Positions 1 through 10,480 of a stretch of DNA of 64,000 nt are shown here, piece by piece. This DNA comes from Macrostomum lignano (lineage: Eukaryota): NCBI GenBank assembly GCA_002269645.1, contig NIVC01002468.1, forward strand, positions 62,001 to 126,000. Direction: 5' to 3'. The notes under the pieces are model-generated. The model made no database searches and had not been told where the DNA came from. It saw only the letters and a list, made by a program, of their open reading frames with translations. The number at the start of each line of letters is the position of its first letter. The first letter of the stretch is position 1. A program made the position numbers and the translations under genes.

Positions 1-321
1 GATAGGATTTTTCGTCATTTATTTCAACCAGTCGGTTTGTCACTTTTTCGGAAATCTACTTCGAGCTTACTTACTTCTATGTACTTACAGTGCTTAATTT
101 GACAGCCCCTTTCGAACATTTTGAAGAGTTTCTCTTTACTACTACCATGCAGTAGTTGATAATGTATATTTTACCAGCTTTCTCGTTTACTAACACACGG
201 AGGATTCGTGCGCTCAGGGGGTAAGGGATATTTAATCAAACACGGAAGCAACGTCACCAGTTATATTACACACAAGAGTACCTCCACAAATGAAATTAAT
301 TCAATTACAGCAGTTCCACTC

Positions 322-335
322 GTTGCCATGGCGAT
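322..335. promoter_or_regulatory. X-box-like (RFX) motif upstream of Cys-loop receptor copy 1
   Basis: GTTGCC-AT-GGCGAT, one mismatch to RYYNYY-WW-RRNRAC, about 150 nt upstream of the ATG. It ends a 28-nt block (302-329) identical to 14174-14201 in otherwise diverged flanks. Confidence 0.5.
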
Positions 336-480
336 TGATTCAGCACTGGTAGACCAGACGCGTTATTGGCTAAACAGCTATCCTATAGGGTCTTTTCCTC
401 AACTCTGCTTTCTATGATGATATAGAGTAGAAAGCAGTAACCAACATTGGCCTCTTACACCGTATCGACACATCGACACA

Positions 481-1770
481 ATGTCCGTACGCGAAATTCT
501 ACTAGTCGCCACAGCGATTATAGCTGCCACTTGTGGCGGCTCAGCTCAAGATAGAGATCTGCAACACGAGCTGCTGCAGTACTTGAAGAACAATATCACC
601 AACTATAGTCCGCTGCTGCGACCCACAATTAACGCCTACAAGCCTACGTACATCACTATGGATACATCCTTGACCCAGCTGGTATCGGTAGACAGTGCCA
701 AGCAAAGCGTCAAGATTGGGGCTTTCGTAATGGCCGGCTGGACCGAGGAGCGTCTGGTCTGGGATCCGGCCAAGTTCGGGAACCTAACCGTGATTAACTG
801 GGACAATTCGAATGTCTGGTTTCCTGTCATCCTCATCTATAATGGCATCGGAGACAACCAGATGCTCACTCCGCAGATGCCAGTGTATCTAAGGTCGATC
901 CAGTCCAACCTTACCAGAGTCATCGCGGGATGGCGTCGAGAGTTCGAATTCTCGTGTGAGTTCGACGTGAGCAAATTCCCCATAGACAGGCACGTCTGCG
1001 AGCTCGAGTTCTTCTTTAGCGACCAGGGCCATGACAACCAAATGCTGATTCCTGTCAAGAACAATTTGACGCCATTTCAAATAGACGGACTTTATCGAAC
1101 TAACAGCGAATGGAAGTTGTTGAATGCGTCGACGTCGTCCGAACGGAAGCCGTACAAACTCGTTCAAGGTGCACCGGATGTGCTTCTACCAACTTATGTG
1201 ATCCGTCTGGAGATCGAGAGAGTCTCCGCCTACTACTTTATGAACATCATCACACCACTGCTACTGCTGACTTTGCTACAAGTGCTGGTATACTTTGTGC
1301 CCCTGGAGTCTGGCGAGAAGCTGGGATTCGGCATCACAATCATGCTCAGCTACACTGTGTTCCTTCTTCTGCTGGACAGCATCGTGCCCAAGTCGCAGAC
1401 AACACCAGCGATCGCTTCGTTCATCACGGCCGCTATGATCTTGTCGACGATATCTCTGCTACTAACGTCGCTAATTATGCGTCTGCACTTCGCTCCGGAG
1501 GGCAATCGGATGCCGGCCTGCATGCGTGCCGTTTTGATTGGCTTCTTGGCTCGAGTGTTCTGCGTTGGCGGTGCTGCCAAAATCAACAAGGTCGAGATCA
1601 AGAAAGGGACTAGCATCGAAAAAAAGAACACTACTGATGAAGAGGACACTCCAGTTGTTCGATCCGATTGGGTGGTTGCTACGCACGCTGTCGAACGACT
1701 CATGGTTGCTATGGGAGTGGCCGCCACTGCAGCTATTATTGGAGTTTTCGTCATCCAACCGTACACCTAA
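481..1770 (+). CDS. Intronless Cys-loop ligand-gated ion channel subunit, divergent nAChR-like, predicted cation-selective (429 aa), copy 1
   Basis: Signal peptide, WxDxxLxW and WxP-x-I-x-x-Y-N motifs, Cys-loop C159-x13-C173 (CEFDVSKFPIDRHVC), four TM helices, GEK motif before M2 (ESGEKLGFGITIMLSYTVFLLL). No vicinal Cys in loop C. Confidence 0.93.
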   Translation: MSVREILLVATAIIAATCGGSAQDRDLQHELLQYLKNNITNYSPLLRPTINAYKPTYITMDTSLTQLVSVDSAKQSVKIGAFVMAGWTEERLVWDPAKFGNLTVINWDNSNVWFPVILIYNGIGDNQMLTPQMPVYLRSIQSNLTRVIAGWRREFEFSCEFDVSKFPIDRHVCELEFFFSDQGHDNQMLIPVKNNLTPFQIDGLYRTNSEWKLLNASTSSERKPYKLVQGAPDVLLPTYVIRLEIERVSAYYFMNIITPLLLLTLLQVLVYFVPLESGEKLGFGITIMLSYTVFLLLLDSIVPKSQTTPAIASFITAAMILSTISLLLTSLIMRLHFAPEGNRMPACMRAVLIGFLARVFCVGGAAKINKVEIKKGTSIEKKNTTDEEDTPVVRSDWVVATHAVERLMVAMGVAATAAIIGVFVIQPYT

Positions 1771-2164
1771 AGACCGCAAGAGATTATACTGAGTCGGCTT
1801 ATGAAACTTTCTGAAAAAAGATTCTTTAATAATAATAAATTCTCTATGCTTCTATCTTCTAATTAAATGAATTAATTCACATCAAAAGTGCATATGTGCT
1901 TCTAGTCTTCTCATTTAATCGAGCGACTTTCAGCATTGTTCTGTTCTACGAGCTATGCTAATTGTATGCCACTCTGTGCCACTAGAGACAACTAGAATCA
2001 GATTATGCAAGCATCTAAAAAACAGCTCTGGTTCTCTACTCACAGCAATTGCTGCCGCAGTAGGCTTGCACCCCAATCCTTCATAAAACGATAGGTTCAT
2101 CAAGGGGATAGCTACTCAATCATGCAGTAAACTAAGAGGCACTTTTCATGATTGCAAATGGTGA

Positions 2165-2178
2165 GTTGTTATGGTAAC
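2165..2178. promoter_or_regulatory. X-box (RFX) motif downstream of Cys-loop receptor copy 1
   Basis: GTTGTT-AT-GGTAAC matches GTHNYY-AT-RRNAAC. Positionally homologous to 16032-16045. Confidence 0.5.
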
Positions 2179-2348
2179 AGTTAATGAATTCTTAGCAAAG
2201 GCTTGGTAAGCACTCGATAAAACTAACTGTGGACAGAGCCTTCAGCGAACAGGCAGGACTATTGTTAATTTAACGAAATCACAAGCTTTTTGGGAAGAAA
2301 GTTTTAGAGAGCGTGTGTTTACTGCCACCAGAAAAAGTTATTTGCAAA

Positions 2349-3288
2349 TAGGGATTCCAAAATCCCGACATTTTACAATCCCGGGATTGAATAGTCCCGA
2401 AATCCCGATGCTGTTGAAATCCCGGGATTCAAAATCCCGGAATCCCGGTGCTTTTGCAATCCCGGGATTAAAAATCCCGGGATTCGATTCCCAAAAAAAT
2501 CCCGGGATTCAAATCCCGGATTTTTGGCCCCAATCCCGGGATCCCGGGATCCCGGGATTGGAATCCCTAAATTGCTAGACGGACTGTGCGGCGTGCCGCG
2601 TGCAGTAGTCATGGTCTCGCGACTCTCAGAGTCTCAGGGCCTTTTCATATTACCAATTCCAGAACCAGAATCGGTTCGGAATTCGAAGAAAAACAGCAGT
2701 ATAACTATTAAACTCTGTTAATATTTGACTGCCTTAACAGCCTCACTTAGCACAATTTTTCACTTTCTTCTTGGCGACTGTCATTCAATAATAAAAACTT
2801 TATAGCACGTATCTCCCTCTAGTTATGGAGACAAAAAGTTTATACTTCACAAATTGGTTCTTGTTCTGGAACCAGAGCAAGCAATATGAAAAGGCCATCA
2901 GTCTCGTCTCGTGGTAGAAAACGAAAAAAAGTTAAAATTATCTATAATTTACAGTTCACATTAACAATTTTTAGCTCAATTAGGACAGGAGCTTTGCAAA
3001 TGTTTAACGTTTCATTGAGAAACAGCAAAAACAAATAAATGTTTTATTATTCAAATAAACGTTTAGACTTTAAATTATCTAATTTAGGCATTGAAAGGTC
3101 GTTCTAATCCCGGACCAATCCCGGGATTAAGGCCTTGAAATCCCGGGATCCCGATCCCGGTCTTTTGCAATCCCGGGATTAAAAATCCCGGGATTCGATT
3201 CCCAAAAAAATCCCGGGATTCAAATCCCGGATTTTTGGCCCCAATCCCGGGATCCCGGGATCCCGGGATCCCGGGATTGGAATCCCTA
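2349..3288. mobile_element. Non-autonomous hAT-type DNA transposon (MITE-like) with ATCCCGGGAT subterminal repeats
   Basis: TIRs TAGGGATTCCA...TGGAATCCCTA, 8-bp TSD TTTGCAAA at 2341-2348 and 3289-3296, many palindromic ATCCCGGGAT motifs. An internal duplicate right end finishes at 2569. Confidence 0.75.
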
Positions 3289-3482
3289 TTTGCAAAGACG
3301 ATTTTTTTCAACAGGTGGAATAAAGGCCCGTTTGAGCTACTGAAACTTGAAAGCGGAACCGGGCATTTTTATTCAGCTCGAGAGGGAGAATCCAAACACG
3401 AATGGAATAAAATATGACGGAAACAACTACAAGTATGTGCATATGGCATATTTCTATATATCTCTCCTCCCCTCCCCTCCCC

Positions 3483-3900
3483 TAATACTAAAACTGACGC
3501 GATGTTTGTCTGTCTGTGTGTTGTAAGTGAACTCCTACAATTCTGGCAAGTCAGCGTCGAAACTTATATGGGAAAACTGCAAATTTTCCGGAGCAGGCTT
3601 TAGGCTATTTTAATTTTCACATTTTAACATCCCTAAAAAAGCAGAAAACTGCTTTTCAGCCACCAATAACCTTCTTTGGCCACTCTGACTGGGGCTGCAG
3701 CCAGTTTGTAAAAAAAGCCACCCCAACCTCCGCCCGCGGGTCACTGTGTATTGAGGGGTGGTGGGTGCGCGTGTTCTGCGTTCAATGCAAATAAAACCCC
3801 CCGCATGTTGGGGGGTTGAGGTCAAGTTAATGCTTCCCCCAGAACGGGGGTTGGGCTTGGGTTGAGTGTACATAGCAGTTGTACAGTGTAAACAGATAGA
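3483..3900 (+). mobile_element. Probable non-autonomous Helitron/Helentron-like element fragment
   Basis: 5' ctaatactaaaa followed by a GTCT microsatellite. Shares blocks CAGCCACCCCAACCTCCGCCCGC and GTACATAGC...TGTACAGTGT with 6772-7540. Family call by general resemblance only; ends approximate. Confidence 0.4.
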
Positions 3901-4442
3901 TATAGACTGTGTCGAGATTCATTTGGTTTTATTATTGGCGCCTTTTTTCCATAGGCAGCCCTGTGTATTAGTTTGGCAGTGAAATTCAATGAATAAACTT
4001 GCGAGCTTCTCTATCTCTAGCAAGCAGTCGGGAAATCGGTAAATTTCAAACGCTAACTGTTCCTCGAGTTTTAAACTTTGAGAGGAGACACTTATATTGC
4101 TGGAAAGATCTTGCAACGCTGAGTTCGGGGATAAAAGTTGTTTGCTTTATATATGAAAAGAAAAAGCACCGCATTTAAAAAACTATTTCCATACTTTTTT
4201 AACTTTCTGCAAAAAATTGTACTCAGTTTTGCGAGACGTAATAGATAAAGTTGGGGGAGGGTTCAACTTCTCACTGCTGCTGTGTATTGGAGGGTTGATT
4301 TAGATTGCGCAATTGCGCAATGTTTTTGTTAACTTTAACTGAGACTGATACTGACTGACTGTGAAATCGGTTGCGCAATGAATTGATTCAATTATTTCAA
4401 TATTTTTATCAGTTGTCTTTTAACACGAAGCTGTGCGTAGTT

Positions 4443-4466
4443 CTAACCCTAACCCTAACCCTAACC
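4443..4466. repeat. Short interstitial telomere-type repeat (CTAACC)4
   Basis: ctaaccctaaccctaaccctaacc read directly; complement of TTAGGG. Confidence 0.8.
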
Positions 4467-4549
4467 AATGAATCCGGAGAGTTGAGTTGTTTGACGGAAA
4501 AAATTCGATTGAGTCCAGTTTAGTGGAGACGATTTCAATGTTTAAAATT

Positions 4550-5570
4550 TGACGAAGAGGATTTCTTTTTCGTGGAGAGGATTTCGATGGTGTTCAGTTT
4601 CACGGAGAGGATTTCGATGATGTTCAGCTTCACGGAGAGGATTTCGATGATGTTCAGCTTCACGGAGAGGATTTCGATGATGTTCAGCTTCACGGAGAGG
4701 ATTTCTGTTTCGTGGAGAGGATTTCGATGGTGTTCAGTTTCACGGAGAGGATTTCGATGATGTTCAGCTTCACGGAGAGGATTTCGATGATGTTCAGCTT
4801 CACGGAGAGGATTTCGATGATGTTCAGCTTCACGGAGAGGATTTCTGTTTCGTGGAGAGGATTTCGATGGTGTTCAGTTTCGTGGAAAGGATTTCGATGA
4901 TGTTCAGTTTCACGGAGAGGATTTCGATGATGTTCAGCTTCACGGAGAGGATTTCTGTTTCGTGGAGAGGATTTCGATGGTGTTCAGTTTCGTGGAAAGG
5001 ATTTCGATGATGTTCAGTTTCACGGAGAGGATTTCGATGATGTTCAGCTTCACGGAGAGGATTTCTGTTTCGTGGAGAGGATTTCGATGGTGTTCAGTTT
5101 CACGGAGAGGATTTCGATGATGTTCAGCTTCACGGAGAGGATTTCGATGATGTTCAGCTTCACGGAGAGGATTTCGATGATGTTCAGCTTCACGGAGAGG
5201 ATTTCTGTTTCGTGGAGAGGATTTCGATGGTGTTCAGTTTCGTGGAAAGGATTTCGATGATTTTCAGTTTCACGGAGAGGATTTCGATGATGTTCAGCTT
5301 CACGGAGAGGATTTCTGTTTCGTGGAGAGGATTTCGATGGTGTTCAGTTTCGTGGAAAGGATTTCGATGATGTTCAGTTTCACGGAGAGGATTTCGATGA
5401 TGTTCAGCTTCACGGAGAGGATTTCTGTTTCGCGGAGATAATTTATGATTTATTTCTGCTTTATGGAGACGATTTTGATGGATTTAAGTTTCACGGAGAG
5501 GATTTCGAAGAAGTCCAGTTTCACGGAGAGGATTTCTGCTTCGCGGAGAGGATCTTGATGGATTTGGCAT
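4550..5570. repeat. 30-bp minisatellite with a 20-bp variant and 140-bp higher-order units
   Basis: Unit CACGGAGAGGATTTCGATGATGTTCAGCTT. The 4x30+20 = 140-bp period is seen between 4572 and 4712. Degenerate copies at both edges. Confidence 0.95.
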
Positions 5571-5580
5571 CTTCAATCAG

Positions 5581-6660
5581 TCAGAGAAGAGAGTAAAGAG
5601 AAGAATGAAAAGAGAAGAGAGATGAGATGATAGAAAACAGAGTAGAAATGAGTGGAGAGATTAGACATGACAGATGGGAGAGAAGAGGGGAGTAAGGCGG
5701 GAACGAAGGAGAGAGAAGAGAAGAGGAGAGAGGAGATGAAGGGAGAGGAAATGAGAGAGGAGATATGAGATAGCAGAGAGGAGACAGGAGAGAGAAGAAA
5801 AGAGGGATAAGAGCGTACAGAGGCAATAGAAGAGAGGAAAGAGAGGAGAGAGGTGAGAGGAGAGAGATGAAAGATCAGAGATCAGAGATTTAAGAGAAGA
5901 AAGTAGTGAGGAGAAAGAAGAGGGTAAAGATGAGAGTGCAGAGAGGAGAGAAACGAGAGGAGACAGGTGGTAGAAAGGAGTGTAAAAAACAGGAGATAAG
6001 AAAGGAGAGGGTGAGAGTGAGAGCATATAGGAAAGTGTAAAAGGGGAGCAGAGGAGAGAGAATAGATAAGTGAGTAGAGAAGAGATATGAGGGAGGAGAG
6101 ATTCGAGATTAGAGAAGAGATGAGGGGAGATGAGAGGAGAGAAGAGAGAATGGAGAGGAGAGAAAAGAGAGGAGAGGAGACAGGTGATGCAGTAGAAAGG
6201 AGGGAAGAAAGATGGTAGATAAGAAAGGAGAGGGTGAGAGCGTATAAGAGATACGAGAAATGAGAGCAGAGAGAAGAGAGAAAAGGGAAGAGAGAAAGTA
6301 GAGCGGAGACGATAGATAAGTGAGTAGAGATGAGATATGAGAGAGGAGAGAAAAGGGGAGAGATAAGAGAGAAGATAGGAGAGTAGACAGGAGAGGGTAC
6401 AGACGAAAGACGAGGGAGAAGAGATAAATAAGGGAGTAGAGATGAGAAAAGAGACAGAAGAGATAAGCGAGAATAGTAGGAATAGAGGAGAGAGAGAAGC
6501 GAGAGAAGGGAGAGAGTAGGGAGAAGAGAGATGAAAGATCAGAGATGAGAGAGATGAAAGTGTAGAGAGGAGTAATTAGTGAGGAGAAAGAAGAGAGTAA
6601 AAATAAAAATCAGAGCGCAGGGCGCAAGAGATGAGAGATGGGAGTTGATAGATTGTAGAG
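5581..6660. repeat. Purine-rich (GA) low-complexity tract
   Basis: Plus strand is almost entirely G/A. The Leu/Ser-rich minus-strand ORFs are a by-product. Confidence 0.9.
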
Positions 6661-6771
6661 GATTTGGAAGATGGGATTCAATTCATGGAATTTCAGCTGA
6701 TAGGAGTTCTTCCCCTTCAGAATTCCGGTGATGGGAGTTCTTCCGCTTTCTTCTCCAGAGAAGGAGTTCCA

Positions 6772-7540
6772 CTCGTCTACATTTTAAAATCAAAACTCTG
6801 TCTGTCTGTGTGTGTCTGTCTGTCTGTCTGTGGACAATTTTGTTCGCTATAGACTCCCAAACCACCCGACCAAATGACACCAAATTTTGCACCCACCCTA
6901 AACTCACTACGGAGAATGTCTTAGGCTATCTTTAAATTTCCTAAATTTGAGTCTTCATACCTAAAATTGCAAAAAACTGCTCAAAATGCGCGATTTTTCC
7001 ACTAAATCCTTCATAGCGCCGCGCCACTTCTACCGATGTTCTTCAAATTTGACACAATCAATCTTCAACTATTTTGACACAATCATGTAAAATTTTAAGT
7101 CTCAAAGTTAATCTTAAACGGCGCTGTGCACTTTTAAAGTTAGGCTGTTTTTTTTCAGCGAGGCAGCCACCCCAACCTCCGCCCGCCTGCCTCTCCCGAT
7201 CCGGGCAAAGGGTGTAAATAGGTTTTAAAATGACTAACTTTCGGCTGCCATAACTTTGCTCAACGTGAGGCGATTGGCTTCAAATTTGACACAATACTTT
7301 ATTAACTCATTCTCTGTCTGAATGTAAAGTCTCAACTCCGTATCTTAATCAGGACAGAAACTAAAAGCATGTGAATTTTGTCTGCTTTTTCTGTTGTTTA
7401 TGCCGCTCACTCACTCATTCCCCCAGTCCAGACGAAGGGTCAGGCGATAGGGCTCAATGTACATAGCGAATGTACAGTGTTTTGGAATAACTTTTCAATA
7501 GCCTTCTGCCGCAACCCGCGCGTGGAGAGGCTACGTTTAG
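6772..7540 (+). mobile_element. Probable non-autonomous Helitron/Helentron-like element
   Basis: Begins TCTAC..., then a (GTCT/GT)n microsatellite and a ccgaccaaatgacaccaaattt block, with a GC-rich hairpin near 7500-7535. Shares motifs with 3483-3900. Ends approximate. Confidence 0.45.
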
Positions 7541-7984
7541 CCTTGACAGTTTAGCGAGAGATTCAAACCAGTGTCCTCTGTATAGACAAGTCTGCAGCAG
7601 TTTAACAGTGGATGGCAAATCAAGGCGATGTGGGATGGTTTGTAAAAATAGCGAAAAATTAATAACTGATTAGTAGTGATTACAATGCAATCCTACTAAA
7701 TTAGTTACACCATGAAAATTTTAACATTAAGATTCGCATAAGGTACTTTAAAATTTAAATGGCTCCTAAGAAATACGTATTTCCTTGGTTGCTAGACTGC
7801 TGCAGACTGTGGTGGTGGAGCTGGGCTGGAGGGAGATACACAAATTCCTCTCAGGGCTGCTAATTGGCCAGAAATATGATGTGATTAAAGCATAACAACC
7901 ATGAGAGTACTACGCCCCACAAACGCTTTCGAAGCGGGGATTGGCAGACTTTAACCTCAAATGCCAGATAAAGAACCAAGCTCA

Positions 7985-10480
7985 TGGCTGATGAGATGAG
8001 AGTGAAAAGGAGAAGGAATAGACTATAAGAAGAGAGGAGAAGCGAGAGGAGGATAAGAGAAAAGATAGAAGACAAGAAGAGAGACGATGGGGTAAGGATA
8101 AGGAGTGAGCAGATAATATTGGAGTAAGAAGCGAGAGGAGGGGAGAGAGAAGGGAGAGGAAAGAGTAGAAGTGAGAAGAGGGAGAGAGAAGATGGGAGAG
8201 ATGAGACAGGATCGATGACAGAGGAGAGCAGAGAAGAGTGAGAAGAGAGTAGAGATGAGAGATGAAGGAGGAGAGAGCAGAGTGCAGAAAGGCGAGAGAA
8301 GAGAATAGAGGGGAGAGAGTATAGAAGAGAGAAGAGAAGAGGAGTAAGGAAAGAGAGGAATCAGAAGAGGGTAAAGAGAAGAGTACACTGAAGATTGGAG
8401 AGTACAGATGACAGAAAAGAGAGGGGATGAAAGTGAACACGATATCTGAGAGGAGAGAGGAGAGCGGAGATAGGAGTCAGATGAGGGGAAAGAGAAGAGT
8501 ACAGAGGAGAGAGGTGAGAACGTACGAGTATACGAGAGTAAGGATGACAGATGAGAGAGGGAAGATGAGACTGAGAGAGCAAAGACGAGAGTGAACACAC
8601 GAGAGATGGTAGAGTAGAGAGAAAAGAGGATAGATAAGAAATGAGAGATGAGAGATGAAAGGTGAGACAAAGGGAGAGAGAGAAGTGAGTGAGGAGAGAG
8701 GAGGGGAAGGGAGAGAATCGAGAGGACAGGGGAAAGAGGGGAAAGGATGAGAGAGAGATGAGAGAGGGGAGAGGAGAGAGGGAGAGATAGAGGTAGAGAG
8801 CATGCAGAGAGAAATGAGAAGAGATAAGAGAGAAAAGATAAAAGAAGAGAAAGGAGAGATAGATAAGAGAGCAAAGACGAGAGAGGAGAGGTGGGGGAAG
8901 AGACGATAGAAGAGAGGAGAGGAGAAAGACGAGAGAGTACAGAGTACAGAGGAGGGAGGAGAGGAGAAAGGAGAGAGAAGTGTTCGGAGAGGGTAGAGTA
9001 AGGAGTGAGAAGAGGGGAGAGGGAGGAGAGGAGAGGAGAGAGGAGAGTAGAGAGCAGAGGGAAGATAGAGTAGAGAGCAGAGAGAAGATGGAGTAGAGAG
9101 CAGAGGGAAGATAGAGTAGAGAGCAGAGAGAAGATAGAGTGGAGAGCAGAGGGAAGATAGAGTAGAGAGCAGAGAGAAGATAGAATAGAGAGCAGAGGGA
9201 AGATAGAGTAGAGAGCAGAGGGAAGATAGAGTAGAGAGCAGAGAGAAGATGGAGTAGAGAGCAGAGGGAAGATAGAGTAGAGAGCAGAGAGAAGATAGAA
9301 TAGAGAGCAGAGGGAAGATAGAGTAGAGAGCAGAGGGAAGATAGAGTAGAGAGCAGAGAGAAGATGGAGTAGAGAGCAGAGGGAAGATAGAGTAGAGAGC
9401 AGAGGGAAGATAGAGTAGAGAGCAGAGAGAAGATAGAGTGGAGAGCAGAGAGAAGATAGAGTAGAGAGCAGAGAGAAGATAGAGTGGAGAGCAGAGAGAA
9501 GATAGTAGAGAGCAGAGAGAAGATAGAGTAGAGAGCAGAGAAAAGATAGAGTAGAGAGCAGAGAGAAGATAGAGTGGAGATCAGAGAGAAGATAGTAGAG
9601 AGCAGAGAGAAGATAGAGTAGAGAGCAGAGAGAAGATAGTAGAGAGCAGAGAGAAGATAGAGTAGAGAGCAGAGAAAAGATAGAGTAGAGAGCAGAGAGA
9701 AGATAGAATAGAGAGCAGAGGGAAGATAGAGTAGAGAGCAGAGGGAAGATAGAGTAGAGAGCAGAGAGAAGATGGAGTAGAGAGCAGAGGGAAGATAGAG
9801 TAGAGAGCAGAGAGAAGATAGAGTGGAGAGCAGAGAGAAGATGGAGTAGAGAGCAGAGAGAAGATAGTAGAGAGCAGAGAGAAGATAGAGTAGAGAGCAG
9901 AGAGAAGATAGTAGAGAGCAGAGAGAAGATAGAGTAGAGAGCAGAGAGAAGATAGAGTAGAGAGCAGAGAGAAGATAGAGTAGAGAGCAGAGAGAAGATA
10001 GAGTAGAGAGCAGAGAGAAGATAGAGTAGAGAGCAGAGAGAAGATAGAGTAGAGAGCAGAGAGAAGATAGAGTAGAGAGCAGAGAGAAGATAGAGTAGAG
10101 AGCAGAGAGAAGATAGAATAGAGAGCAGAGGGAAGATAGAATAGAGAGCAGAGGGAGGATAGTAGAGAGCAGAGAGAAGATAGTAGAGAGCAGAGAGAAG
10201 AGAGAGTAGAGAGCAGAGGGAAGAGAGAGTAGAGAGCAGAGAGAAGATAGAGTAGAGAGCAGAGAGAAGAGAGAGTAGAGAGCAGAGAGAAATGGGAAGA
10301 GATAAAACAGGAGAAAGGGAGATAAGAGAGCAGAGACAAGAGAGGAGAGGAGAGGAGAGAAAAGAATAAGAGGGAATAGACGCGAGAAGAGGGGATAGAG
10401 GAGAGAGAGAAGAGACCACAGACCAGAGAGAAGAAAGAAAACAGAAGAGAAGGTAGAGATAGAAGTTTCTAAGGATCCAA
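7985..10480. repeat. GA-rich tract containing a 23-bp minisatellite (about 9045-10290)
   Basis: Unit AGAGCAGAGAGAAGATAGAGTAG with 21-bp variants; about 55 copies embedded in degenerate GA sequence. Confidence 0.95.

Noticed and set aside
636-1792. Overlapping and antisense ORFs within both receptor genes and within AGXT/CUL5 exons
   Set aside because: Shadow ORFs of GC-rich coding sequence; their conservation between copies simply follows the main frame.
4443-4466. Chromosome end
   Set aside because: Only four telomeric units with ordinary sequence on both sides; interstitial.
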